A DNA stretch of 64,000 bases from Vampirovibrionaceae bacterium NZW_1234 (GCA_041697335.1 JBGUGD010000038.1:32001-96000); one strand, 5' to 3'. Positions 39,364-49,308 are shown, counted from the stretch's first letter. Numbers and translations: made by a program. The notes: generated by a model not told the origin, from the sequence alone.

Positions 39364-40485
39364 CTAGACATTGATGCGAGAGTGCTCCAGAGCCCGGATT
39401 TGCTGTTTGCATTCCTGCACCTGGCGAATGTTGAAGATATCCTGATCGCTGACCATCCGGGCCAGCTCGGGGAATCCGAAGTCACAGCGGGCCATAATCT
39501 TTTCGGCCAGCGCCACATCGCCCATGGCTTCATAGATGGCCAGCACCCCAAAACGCCGATGGGTGGCACTGTTGCAGGCAATGCCAAAGTCCAGGGCATG
39601 GCGGCCCACCAGAAACGGCACCATGTCATCATCCCCGGCCACCGCCCCATAGGTCTGGGCAGCCGGAAAGATAGCCTTAAAGTCGCTCAAAGAGCGGATG
39701 TCGAGAAAGTTCATCAGCACCTGCACATGCTCCCAATCATACAGGGGAATATCCCGCTGAACGTAGGCGCTGGCATTGGCCCCGCCGGCTCGGACCCGGT
39801 ACTGCATCAGGGGCTCCTGGAGGATATGAATGGGGTGATGCATGCAAATTTTCACCCACAGCTCAAAGTCTGCGGTCTTCACCAGGCGGCCATGGCGGAA
39901 ATAGTCGTCCAGCCAGGGCAGAAGCGAGGGTCGCAGCATGGCCGTCGGGGCACACAGGCAGTTGAAGTTGTGGAAGAAATGATTCAACCACTCATAGCGA
40001 GAGCGGTTCGGCTGGGTAAAGCGGTTTTTTTCGAGGGTGGGTGGCTTTCGCAATGCCGGATCAGTGTAATAATCCTCAAATACGTAATGACTCAAATCCT
40101 CAAAGGGCTGGCTGTCATCATCAATAATCTGAACCCATGTCAGCACGGCGGCCACCTCGGGGTGGGCATCCAGGTAGGCGACCTGCTTCTGGAGTTTCTC
40201 GGGCAAATACACATCGTCGGTGGGCAAAAAGGCCATGTAGTCGCCCTGGAACTGCCGGAAGCACTGGTAGGTGGTGTAGGGAGCCCCGCTGTTCTTGCTG
40301 TTTCGGGCCTTGCGGATGCGCGGATCGGTCATGGCCTGAATCCGCTCCCAAGTGCCGTCCTGAGAGGCATCGTCGACAATCACCAGATCAAAATCCTGAA
40401 ACGGTTGATTCAACACACTGTTGACCGCTTCCTGGACGTATTTGCCGTGATTATAGCTGGGGGAAAGAATACTGACCTTGGGCAT
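39364..40485 (-). CDS. GT2 glycosyltransferase
   Basis: PSYNH, SVLNQ, IVDDAS.DGT, DD...P.KL.KQ, DFELW. Confidence 0.88.
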   Translation of the reverse strand: MPKVSILSPSYNHGKYVQEAVNSVLNQPFQDFDLVIVDDASQDGTWERIQAMTDPRIRKARNSKNSGAPYTTYQCFRQFQGDYMAFLPTDDVYLPEKLQKQVAYLDAHPEVAAVLTWVQIIDDDSQPFEDLSHYVFEDYYTDPALRKPPTLEKNRFTQPNRSRYEWLNHFFHNFNCLCAPTAMLRPSLLPWLDDYFRHGRLVKTADFELWVKICMHHPIHILQEPLMQYRVRAGGANASAYVQRDIPLYDWEHVQVLMNFLDIRSLSDFKAIFPAAQTYGAVAGDDDMVPFLVGRHALDFGIACNSATHRRFGVLAIYEAMGDVALAEKIMARCDFGFPELARMVSDQDIFNIRQVQECKQQIRALEHSRINV

Positions 40486-40532
40486 ACGCCATCCGTTACT
40501 CCAACACCGGTGTCTTAGTCTATCGTATCACG

Positions 40533-41333
40533 TTACAGGCGAATCCCGCCGCACCGGGACAAATCGCAGAACGTCGAAAGCGTTCCCTCCCGAGCCATGG
40601 CTTCGTAAAGGGTTAAATCCTGGACCGTATCCACTTCCAACCACCCATGGGCCACAGGGACCGCCTGAATGGGCCATCCGGCATCGATCAGCTCCTGAAG
40701 GAAGCGAGTCATAAACATTTGCCCAAAGGCCCTGCCATCGTAGGTCCGGGTCCGATCCATGGCCTGGTAGAAGGCCAGAATCGGGGCCAGCTGATCGCCC
40801 CGAAAGCGAATCAGCCCCATGTACTGGGCCTGGATGTCTTCATACCCTTTCGGCTTTTCGCCCAGTTCCAGCAGACGCCCGGTGGCATCCAACTTCAGGG
40901 TCTCGGCATCCTGGAGCGGGTCTTCCTGCCGAAGCTCCCAGTAGGACCGCCACTCGGTATCCACGGTCAGGGCCAGAGGCGCGTCACAGGCCAACAGGGC
41001 CTCCAATACCCGGGGCTCGTAGACGATATCCCCGTAACTGATGAGAAGATCCTCGGCGGTGTGAAAAAGCGACTCGGCACAGAACAGGGAATGCACCATG
41101 TTGGTGGTCTCAAAGGCCGGGTTCAGAATTACCTGAACCCCCAGGGCTGTGGACAGGGTCTCGGCACGATAGCCCCCCAGAACCGTGACATCCCCAATGC
41201 CGCAGGCCTTGAACACGGCCAACTGACGTTCCAGAAGCGAATAACCGGCCAGGGGGACCAGGGCCTTGGGACGGTCATCGGTATAGGGCCGCAGGCGAGA
41301 TCCTTGTCCTGCCGCCAAAATCAAGGCCTGCAT
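40533..41333 (-). CDS. Nucleotidyl(cytidylyl)transferase, LicC/Cj1416-like
   Basis: ALILAAGQGSRL.P.T.DRPK, TNM..SL, SYGDI, W.EVD...DL. Confidence 0.85.
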   Translation of the reverse strand: MQALILAAGQGSRLRPYTDDRPKALVPLAGYSLLERQLAVFKACGIGDVTVLGGYRAETLSTALGVQVILNPAFETTNMVHSLFCAESLFHTAEDLLISYGDIVYEPRVLEALLACDAPLALTVDTEWRSYWELRQEDPLQDAETLKLDATGRLLELGEKPKGYEDIQAQYMGLIRFRGDQLAPILAFYQAMDRTRTYDGRAFGQMFMTRFLQELIDAGWPIQAVPVAHGWLEVDTVQDLTLYEAMAREGTLSTFCDLSRCGGIRL

Positions 41334-41965
41334 TCATCGGCTCCAAAGACGGCATCAAACAACATCCGATCGTGCGGGGCCAATGCCGCCTCACGCTCGG
41401 GATGCCACATCACCCCATAGATACGACCTTCACTCTGGCGGACGGCTTCGATGCTCCCATCGTCACACACGCCCCAAATCGCCAGGGTATCTGCCAGGGT
41501 CTCCGGGAGAATCCCGTAGTGGTGAAAGCTATTGACCTCGAAGACCTGTTCCCAGAGTGCGTCCTCCTTCGGGATGATGCGGTGCCGGGTTCGCACATGG
41601 CCGGACACCGGCGTCAACGACCCGCCGAAATAGTGGTTGATCACCTGCATGCCGCGACACACCCCCAGCACCGGAAGCCGGTGTTGACAGGCGTAGCTCA
41701 AAATGGCCGCTTCGGCCTCATCCCGTTCCGGGGCCGGGGTCTCGGGATGGGGGAGACTGCTCAGATCATTGCCCCCGGTGAGGATGATGCCGGACAGATT
41801 CAGGTCATCAAGGTAGGCTTCGATATTCAGGCGAAGATTAGGCAGCGGTACCGGCTGAAACCCCAGAGATTGAATCAAGGGGGCCCACGCCTGATCCAGG
41901 GCATCCCGGCGCTCGCCGTGCGGGGTCACCTCCACGCGCTGGGTCAGCCCGATAAGGCGCTTCAT
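41321..41965 (-). CDS. Class I glutamine amidotransferase-like gamma-glutamyl hydrolase (C26/Cj1417-like)
   Basis: GLTQR, E.RDALD..W, LTGGND, GVCRGMQ, VNSFH, MWHPER. Confidence 0.88.
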   Translation of the reverse strand: MKRLIGLTQRVEVTPHGERRDALDQAWAPLIQSLGFQPVPLPNLRLNIEAYLDDLNLSGIILTGGNDLSSLPHPETPAPERDEAEAAILSYACQHRLPVLGVCRGMQVINHYFGGSLTPVSGHVRTRHRIIPKEDALWEQVFEVNSFHHYGILPETLADTLAIWGVCDDGSIEAVRQSEGRIYGVMWHPEREAALAPHDRMLFDAVFGADECRP

Positions 41966-43323
41966 CGCAGAACCTCCGGGTGCGGGATCCGATTGCCCTG
42001 TGCCTGGAGAATGGCAATATGCTTCAACACCGGGTGAATCACGAAAAACGTTTCCGCCTGGTCTTGTGGCTGAGGCGTGGTGTGAAACCGGCCTTCACGC
42101 AGATACTCTTCCAGCACCGCGACCAGGGTTTGGGCGCGCATCCAGGGATCGTAGTCCTGATCGATGGCCATGGGGTCTTCGGGAATCGCAAACGAACGGC
42201 TCATCAGCACCTCGCCGGTGTCGATGGCCTGCTCCAAAAACAGGGCCGTCGCGACCAAACGTTGCTCTTTGAGAAGGCTGTAGTACATGGGCGTACTCCC
42301 CCGATACTGGGGCAACTGCCCGGGATGGACATGCAGGTAGTGCTTGCCCTGTCCAAAAAAGCTGGGGCCAAGCACCGCCCCGCTGGGCCCGGAGAAAATA
42401 ACATAGGGCTGATGAAACTGACGCAAGGCTTCGGTGACGGACGCATCGTTGATGGACTCGGCTTCGATCACAGTCGTTGGAATGCCCATACGGGCCAGCA
42501 CGGCGTCCACGGGGGTTGTGTTGTCAAAGCGCTCTGACGGCCTAGGCTCTACTGGAGACGAGACGGCAGAGGGAGCCTTGACCAGAATAGCCGCCGCAGG
42601 TACTAGCCGATGGCAGGCCATGGCATCCAGATAGGCCCGGGAGCGCCCGGTCTCCGCCAGCAGGCAGATCACATCCGACATCACCTGCGGGGAGGTCCGC
42701 TCGGGAGCGCCATCGGAAATGCGATTGCCCTCAGGGGCAGGATCGGGGCTTGTGCGGGGCGAAGCCCACAGCAATTCGACGGCAGCTTGCTCCAACGCCA
42801 ATGATGCATGATAGGCCTCGCAGGCCTCGGGGGTTGAGAACTCCGCCAGGCGCGTCGCCAGATAGTCGTTGAGCTTTAGAAGGCAGCTCAAGGCCCGGAG
42901 GTTTTGGCGAGCCGGTTGTCGTTGCTGCCCCAGGATATTTCCAAAGCGGGCATAGCTGAGCAGGGAAATTTCGTCGCCACTGAGCGGCTTTAAAGACGCA
43001 TCATACCCGGTCTTAATCACCCGCGTGGTTTCAAACTTCTTGATAAGGATGTCCACCCAAGACTGCTGGTCTTGGCCCTCCTCCGGAGTCAGTGTGGCCA
43101 GACGGGCCAGAAAGCCCTCGGTGTGTTGTAGCGGATTTGTTCCATCAGGGCAAGGCGCTTCGGTCGTCGCCACGGATGGGGGTGGGGTAGCTTCTTGCAA
43201 GTACTTTGCCAAAAGCGCCCGGTTCTGGGCATAGGCGGCCAAAAAGGCCTCACCCTCGAAGGGGGTGTACATATACAGCGTTTTTTGGGCTTTGTAAGGC
43301 GTCTGTGTATAGCGATAGGTCAT
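41962..43323 (-). CDS. Two-domain protein with C-terminal formyltransferase-like domain
   Basis: HVHPGQLPQYRGS and IDTG motifs; about 210-aa unassigned N-terminal domain. Confidence 0.7.
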   Translation of the reverse strand: MTYRYTQTPYKAQKTLYMYTPFEGEAFLAAYAQNRALLAKYLQEATPPPSVATTEAPCPDGTNPLQHTEGFLARLATLTPEEGQDQQSWVDILIKKFETTRVIKTGYDASLKPLSGDEISLLSYARFGNILGQQRQPARQNLRALSCLLKLNDYLATRLAEFSTPEACEAYHASLALEQAAVELLWASPRTSPDPAPEGNRISDGAPERTSPQVMSDVICLLAETGRSRAYLDAMACHRLVPAAAILVKAPSAVSSPVEPRPSERFDNTTPVDAVLARMGIPTTVIEAESINDASVTEALRQFHQPYVIFSGPSGAVLGPSFFGQGKHYLHVHPGQLPQYRGSTPMYYSLLKEQRLVATALFLEQAIDTGEVLMSRSFAIPEDPMAIDQDYDPWMRAQTLVAVLEEYLREGRFHTTPQPQDQAETFFVIHPVLKHIAILQAQGNRIPHPEVLR

Positions 43324-43832
43324 GTCAGCGAAATGCCTCGCGCTCGTATGCTCTCCAGAACCGCCTCGGCCAGGGGGGCAAAATCCGTCTGCTCGACGGT
43401 GTTCTCCAAAACCAGATCCGGGGACTCGGGTTCGTGAAAGGGAATATCCAAGCCCACAACACCTTCGGAGGAACCCTCATACAGCCCTTTTTGGTTTCTC
43501 GCCCGCAGGGTCTCCAGCGGCACGCGGATATAAACCTCGTGGTAATCGGCGACATGAGTCCGGTTCCACGCCCGTTGCTCGGGGAAGTTGGAGAGAATAC
43601 AGACGATCACATGCTGGCCCTGATCCGCCAGATACTTCCCCAGACGACAGAGACGCCACCCGTTTTTCTCCCGATCCGCCTGGGAATAGCCCAGGTCATT
43701 GCCCATCACCTCGCGGATACCGTCGCCGTCCAACAAAATCGTGTTAGGCCAGGTGGCTTTCATCCGGGAAAACAAGGCCCGCCCGATGGTGGTTTTACCG
43801 GAACCGGCCAGGCCAATCAACCAAATGATCAT
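43320..43832 (-). CDS. Adenylyl-sulfate-kinase-like P-loop kinase (Cj1415-like)
   Basis: IWLIGLAGSGKTT, LDGD.IR, R..KGLY, VVG.DI.F.EP; ATGA overlap at 43829-43832 indicates this start. Confidence 0.85.
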   Translation of the reverse strand: MIIWLIGLAGSGKTTIGRALFSRMKATWPNTILLDGDGIREVMGNDLGYSQADREKNGWRLCRLGKYLADQGQHVIVCILSNFPEQRAWNRTHVADYHEVYIRVPLETLRARNQKGLYEGSSEGVVGLDIPFHEPESPDLVLENTVEQTDFAPLAEAVLESIRARGISLT

Positions 43833-44998
43833 GGGGCACTCACCTCGACACGCTGCAAAATTTCCAATAACCGCTGGGCTGCGACACGTCCAGCTTGTCC
43901 CTGGGTATCCAGGAAGAACCGGGCGTTCAGGATTGCCCGCGCCTGTTGCTGCGCCCGGGCGATGTCCGGGTCGTTGAAAATACGACAGAGTGCTTCCGGC
44001 GTCGCCGAATCCAGATTCACAAAATGCTGCCGCAGCATCTGATCCGGCGACTCGGCCGACATGGTCTGATGCCCTGCTGCCCCCGGCATGTTCAGCAACA
44101 GCAAATTGGTGTTCGAGTAGAGGGCGCCAAAAGGCGAGCCGCCATAGTCGGCAATCACCCAATCAGCCAGGGCAAAGAGTTCGGCATTGTCATAGTCCGG
44201 CGCATCCAGAAGCACCAGACCATCTACCTGGCGAACCGGCCCGAGAATGGCCGGATCGGTCAGCGGATGGGGTTTGAGAATCAGGTTGTAATCTTCACCA
44301 AGGGCTGCGATGGGCTCCAGAAAACGGGGAATAGAACATAAGTCACCACATGTGGGAAGCCAGACGAGGCTTTTTCGTTCGGAGGACAGCCCGAGCCTTG
44401 CCCGAACCTCGGCCCCTTGAACCGAACCGTTTTTGACCCCATCAAAACGAGGGTAGCCCACCTGATAGACCGGCGTTGACACTCGCTGCCTCAGTTGCTC
44501 CTCCTGGTAGGGGCCATAGACCAGCACGGCATCGTATTCGCCATTGTATTGGCCAAAATTCCACAGATCCTTGCCCAAGCCATACATCATCCGCACCTGG
44601 GTCCGGCTGAGGTGGCGGAACATGACGAAATAATTCACGCCCGGATTCGGGAAGAAGGGCGGAGCCACATAACAAAAGGGCACATGAGAGACCAGCACCT
44701 GAAACCTGAGGCAGGCCTTCATGACCTCGTAAACAGAATAATGCCGGTACCCGGCCCGCTCGCACCAGGCCTGAATCTGGCGAGCCTGGTCCAGGTCGGT
44801 CGCAAAGTTCAGAACCACCCGGCGGTCCTCGGGTAAATGGTCCAGAATCGAAGCATAGTGGCCCAGCATTAGGGGGACGTTGACGGCAAAGGCAATCTGA
44901 GCCACATCGGTCTGGGGCACCAGGTCGTCCATGGACTGGAACCGTTGGGCCGTGTCATCATTCCATGCCAGGGTCGGGTCAGGGGAGCTTGCCATCAT
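43829..44998 (-). CDS. CDP-glycerol glycerophosphotransferase (TagF)-like transferase
   Basis: GYPRFD, WLPT, LKPHP, ADWVIADY motifs. Confidence 0.7.
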   Translation of the reverse strand: MMASSPDPTLAWNDDTAQRFQSMDDLVPQTDVAQIAFAVNVPLMLGHYASILDHLPEDRRVVLNFATDLDQARQIQAWCERAGYRHYSVYEVMKACLRFQVLVSHVPFCYVAPPFFPNPGVNYFVMFRHLSRTQVRMMYGLGKDLWNFGQYNGEYDAVLVYGPYQEEQLRQRVSTPVYQVGYPRFDGVKNGSVQGAEVRARLGLSSERKSLVWLPTCGDLCSIPRFLEPIAALGEDYNLILKPHPLTDPAILGPVRQVDGLVLLDAPDYDNAELFALADWVIADYGGSPFGALYSNTNLLLLNMPGAAGHQTMSAESPDQMLRQHFVNLDSATPEALCRIFNDPDIARAQQQARAILNARFFLDTQGQAGRVAAQRLLEILQRVEVSAP

Positions 44999-45127
44999 CC
45001 TCTTCCGTTCACAGGCCCGATGCGCACTGGGGTGTCCGAAGCCCGGGAGGTCGGTTTAAACCGCTATCTACGCAGGCTGAAGGGGGACAAATCGCACCGA
45101 GGCAGATATGATAAAGTAATACGTTGA

Positions 45128-47605
45128 TTGTACGGCATTCCGGTCATTGATGGAAATGTCACCGGCAAACAAAATGAGGCCCCTGTCGTGACACACACGT
45201 CGCTTCAACTGGGAACCAAGGCCGAAACCCTGGCACAACTGCAAGGGGTTCTTCGCCATGCCACGGTATTGCCCCTGGTACGTATTCCAGTGGTTGATTA
45301 CCTCGCCAACCCGGAGGGATGGTATCACAGGGTATGTGACACCCTGACCTCCCCGCTGCTGGCGGTTCGATCCTCATCGACCCTGGAGGACACGGCCACA
45401 TCCTCAATGGCGGGTCATTTTGCCAGCGTCTTGAACGTCCCGGCGGCAGATCCCGATGCCCTTCACCAGGCCATCGGCGAGGTGATTGCCTCCTACGGAG
45501 ACTTGGAAAGGCACCAGGAAGTTCTCATTCAGCCCATGATGACGGATGTCGCTTGTTCTGGCGTGGCGTTGACGCTGGACCTGGACATGCTCGCCCCGTA
45601 CTACGTCATTGAATACAGCACCACCGGCACCGATGTGGTCACCGGCGGCAAGGCAGACACCCGGCGGACCTATGTCTGCTTCAAGCAATCTCCTGTTCCA
45701 GCGCCTGAAGCCTGGCTGGACAAACTCATCACTGCCTGCCGGGAGCTGGAGGCCCTGTTTCAAACCGACGCCCTGGACATCGAATTCGGGGTTACGGGCC
45801 AGGAGGAGATCGTCCTCTTCCAGGTGCGACCGCTGGCCAAAGCCCATGGAGCCCCTCGTCCCGGTAAGACCCTGGATTTGAGTGTCGCCCTGGAGAAGCT
45901 GTACAAGAAAATCGACAAGCTTTCCCGCCCGCATCCCAGCATGATGGGCTCTCATGCCCTCTTCGGTGTGATGCCCGACTGGAACCCGGCTGAAATTATT
46001 GGCATTCGCCCCAAGCCCCTGGCCTTGTCGCTGTATAAAGAACTAATCACCGATCAGATCTGGGCCATCCAGCGGGAAAAGTACGGCTACCGCGATCTCA
46101 AGTCCCACCCGCTTCTCGTGTCCTTCTTCGGCCTCCCCTATATCGACATCCGGGTGGACTTCAATTCCTTTATTCCGGAGGCCCTGGACCCCAAGACCGC
46201 CGAAAAGCTGGCCGATATCTATCTGGAGCAACTCATTGAAAGCCCGCAGTGCCATGACAAGGTGGAGTTCGAGATTGTCCACAGCTGCTACTGCCTGAAC
46301 ACCCCGGAGCGGTTGGGGACCCTTGGCCTCACGTCGGACGAGCAGCAACGCTTTCAGCAGGCCTTGCTGACGCTCACCAACCGCATTATCCAGGAAGACG
46401 GCGGCTTGTTTGATCAGGATGTCCAGGCGGTGCAGGAGCTGCCCACGCGCATGCAGGCCGTCATGGATTCCGAGTTGGCCCTCGTTGATAAAATCTACTG
46501 GCTCATCGAAGATTGCAAACGCTACGGCACGCTCCCCTTTGCCGGAATCGCCCGAGCCGCCTTCGTGGCCGTACAACTCCTCAGCTCGTTTGTGGCGGTG
46601 GGCCTGTTTACACCGGACGATTACCAGGCCTTTCTCAACAGCCTGAACACCATCAGCAAGCAGCTTTCGGCGGACGTCCATGCCTGGCAGTCCAGTGTAC
46701 TGTCTCGGGAGGAATTCGTCAGACGATACGGCCACTTGCGCCCCGGGACCTATGACATTCTCTCCCCTCGCTACGATCAGTCTCTCGATGTGTATTTCCC
46801 GACGGCCCTGAAATCCCCCATCCTGGATCCGGGGACCGAAGAAGCCCCGACCCCGGTGACGCCCTTTGAACTTACACCGGACCACCGGGCCCGGATCAAT
46901 GAGCACTTACACGCCCATGGGTTCCAATTCTCCGTGGATCACTTGCTGCGGTTTATTCGCGAGGCCATCGAAGCCCGTGAGGCCTCAAAATTTGAGTTTA
47001 CCAAGTGCCTGAGCCAGATTCTCGAATCCATTGCGCAATTAGGCGAGCGGGTTGGCCTCAGTCGGGAGGATATGGCCTTTGTGGATGTCGAGAGCATCCG
47101 CAAGCTGTATGTATCCCTCACGGAAGACGACGTGGGTACACGTCTCCAGGCGGACATCCGCCAGGCCCGGCAGCATTATCAATACACGCAGGCCCTGAAG
47201 CTCCCCAGCCTGATTCGGAAACCCCAAGACGTCTACAGCTTTTACCTTGATGCCGAGCGCCCGACCTTTGTGACCCAAGGTGTTGTGGAAGCCCCGGTGG
47301 TTCTTGAGGCAGACCTCTATAACCGGGACGTCACCGGTTGCATCGTCCTGATTCGCTCTGCGGATCCCGGCTACGATTTTCTGTTTGCCAAGAACATTGC
47401 GGGCCTGGTGACCCAATACGGGGGAGCCAATTCACACATGGCCATCCGCTGTGCCGAACTGGGCTTGCCTGCCGTCATCGGCGCAGGAGAAGCCTTATTC
47501 AATCAATGGACCACGTGGGATCGCCTTCGCATCGACGGCATCAACCAGCAGGTTCTGCCCCTGTACGGCACTTCTGCCCAGCCCATGGTCTCGGCCTCAC
47601 GCTAG
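45128..47605 (+). CDS. PEP-utiliser-family L-glutamine kinase (Cj1418-like)
   Basis: TKAETL, VRSS..ED...SMAG.F.S, GVMPDWNPAEIIG, HDKVEF, YGHLRPGTYDI, ADPGYD, GGANSHMAIR (phospho-His domain at C-terminus); start uncertain. Confidence 0.88.
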   Translation: MYGIPVIDGNVTGKQNEAPVVTHTSLQLGTKAETLAQLQGVLRHATVLPLVRIPVVDYLANPEGWYHRVCDTLTSPLLAVRSSSTLEDTATSSMAGHFASVLNVPAADPDALHQAIGEVIASYGDLERHQEVLIQPMMTDVACSGVALTLDLDMLAPYYVIEYSTTGTDVVTGGKADTRRTYVCFKQSPVPAPEAWLDKLITACRELEALFQTDALDIEFGVTGQEEIVLFQVRPLAKAHGAPRPGKTLDLSVALEKLYKKIDKLSRPHPSMMGSHALFGVMPDWNPAEIIGIRPKPLALSLYKELITDQIWAIQREKYGYRDLKSHPLLVSFFGLPYIDIRVDFNSFIPEALDPKTAEKLADIYLEQLIESPQCHDKVEFEIVHSCYCLNTPERLGTLGLTSDEQQRFQQALLTLTNRIIQEDGGLFDQDVQAVQELPTRMQAVMDSELALVDKIYWLIEDCKRYGTLPFAGIARAAFVAVQLLSSFVAVGLFTPDDYQAFLNSLNTISKQLSADVHAWQSSVLSREEFVRRYGHLRPGTYDILSPRYDQSLDVYFPTALKSPILDPGTEEAPTPVTPFELTPDHRARINEHLHAHGFQFSVDHLLRFIREAIEAREASKFEFTKCLSQILESIAQLGERVGLSREDMAFVDVESIRKLYVSLTEDDVGTRLQADIRQARQHYQYTQALKLPSLIRKPQDVYSFYLDAERPTFVTQGVVEAPVVLEADLYNRDVTGCIVLIRSADPGYDFLFAKNIAGLVTQYGGANSHMAIRCAELGLPAVIGAGEALFNQWTTWDRLRIDGINQQVLPLYGTSAQPMVSASR

Positions 47606-48993
47606 CCAATGGGGGCCAGTTGCCCCACGCCCAGAAATCGAATATTCTGTGCCCGATTCTGATAGGCATCTCGGGCTTCCAGACGTTGGATTCGCTCCGC
47701 CACGTCTTTAAAACCCACTTTGGCAAAGCATCGGGTCAAAATCGCCTGCAGGGTAAACCGGTCGTAATAGCCCTGGAGCTTCTGAAAAGCGGATTCTGCG
47801 GCATCCTCCCGGTAGTTGGGGTTGGCAATGGCGTAGGCGCACTTGTCCCGAAGCTCCGAGAAAGAGGAATAGGCAATAAAATCCGTATCCTCTTCAAAAC
47901 CCAGATGCTTCAGAGGCTCACGACACAGCCCCTGGGTCACCAGCAGGCTTTTGCAGGCCACCATATCAAACACCCGAAACGACAACGACGTGTTCATCGC
48001 CGCGGTCACCTGGGCGTTCAGCCCCATCTTGGAGGTGTTGTATATCACGGCGTTTTCCGGGTAGGAGAACACGGCCTTGAACTTGAAATGCTTGAGCAGC
48101 TCGATGTTGGCAATGGAAATTTGCCGCACCCATTCGCCCACCGGCATCCCATAGATGGCGAGGTTGAATTCAGAGAGGGCCGAAAGCGCATGGAGCCGAT
48201 TATAAAACGTATTCTGCATCTCAAAGGCCGACTGAATCATCATGGGCGAGGCCAACAGGTCATAATGCGGATCCGTCGGGTCCATGTGACAGCCGCGTGC
48301 CTCCAACAGGTCGGCCAGGTTGTCGATATAGCGGGTTTCATGCTCGTGAAACACATCGAGCAGGGTGTTTAAATTTTGGTAGGCCTGCTCCTCCGACTGA
48401 TCCATCATCCGAGACACCGTGGCCCGAATGTAGCGCAAGAAGTTGACGTTGGAGAAGGCGGTCCCGATAAAGGATACATCCACGTCCCGAGGCCGGTTCT
48501 GGGGATAGAAGGTAAAGTGATCCAGGAAGAAATTCAGCTGTTCAAACTGCGCATCTCGGATCTGGAAGGCCTCCAGGATATTCTTGCGGGTATGAAGCCC
48601 GTCACCATGGTCAAAGGAGAGGATGGCTACCACGTCTCGCTCGGTGAACTGGCGGCATTCGGCAGGGATTTGGTTGTACTGATCGACAATCAGGTTGATA
48701 ATGGGCATCTCCGGCCCCAGGAGCTTCAGAACCTCCGGGCTCAGGCCACAACGGTTGACACAGAACACGACATCCGGCTGAAAATCCTCAATAGCTTCCA
48801 GCATCTTCGGAAATTCGGGCTGGGTGTTGATGCTGCCGTTAAAAATCGTATTGACGAAGGCATTGGTCCGAATGGCCAGCACCGGCATCTGGGCCGGGGC
48901 GAAATAGTTCTCGAGAATGGTATGAATATAGGGCCCAAACTGCCCATCCAGATAGCCATCGGCCAAAAACAACACCTTGGTCATACACACCAC
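47602..48993 (-). CDS. Glycosyltransferase-like protein (CgeB/YkvP-type C-terminal domain)
   Basis: DVSFIG, IYNTSK.GLN, R.FD..AC..LL.T pattern. Confidence 0.7.
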   Translation of the reverse strand: MVCMTKVLFLADGYLDGQFGPYIHTILENYFAPAQMPVLAIRTNAFVNTIFNGSINTQPEFPKMLEAIEDFQPDVVFCVNRCGLSPEVLKLLGPEMPIINLIVDQYNQIPAECRQFTERDVVAILSFDHGDGLHTRKNILEAFQIRDAQFEQLNFFLDHFTFYPQNRPRDVDVSFIGTAFSNVNFLRYIRATVSRMMDQSEEQAYQNLNTLLDVFHEHETRYIDNLADLLEARGCHMDPTDPHYDLLASPMMIQSAFEMQNTFYNRLHALSALSEFNLAIYGMPVGEWVRQISIANIELLKHFKFKAVFSYPENAVIYNTSKMGLNAQVTAAMNTSLSFRVFDMVACKSLLVTQGLCREPLKHLGFEEDTDFIAYSSFSELRDKCAYAIANPNYREDAAESAFQKLQGYYDRFTLQAILTRCFAKVGFKDVAERIQRLEARDAYQNRAQNIRFLGVGQLAPIG

Positions 48994-49308
48994 TCTCTTT
49001 AATATACAAAACCGCCTAACACAAAAGCCCTGGTCCCTTTAGAACGGTATCGGCCCGATTCCATACCGTCTTTCATGATCATGAGCCCTCTATCCAATTA
49101 TACAAAACTTCTGCCATCCCAAAACGGTCCCCTCCCTCACCGTAGAAAGCGCGTCTGAAGTTCGGGAAAACGGCGCCCGACATAATCTACCCCACCTGTT
49201 TTTCCCTCTGATCAATTCTGATGCCTGCCTGGTTTTTTCTTGGATGTCTGCATTTTGTTCTGTTATCCGTTGCGTTTTGTTTTCGTTGAGAAAGAAAGAT
49301 ACCCCATC

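Noticed and set aside
43320..44162. 280-aa APS kinase (cysC) for sulfate activation
   Set aside because: The upstream ~110 codons overlap the TagF-like gene, so the start is better placed at 43832; no ATP sulfurylase or sulfotransferase is in the window, and context favours a Cj1415-like role
45128..47605. PEP synthase / pyruvate phosphate dikinase
   Set aside because: No C-terminal pyruvate-binding barrel; the phospho-His domain is terminal, and the MPDWNPAE motif plus neighbours fit glutamine kinase
47338..49002. Plus-strand ORFs 47338..48372 and 48376..49002
   Set aside because: Antisense to the CgeB-like glycosyltransferase; no motifs
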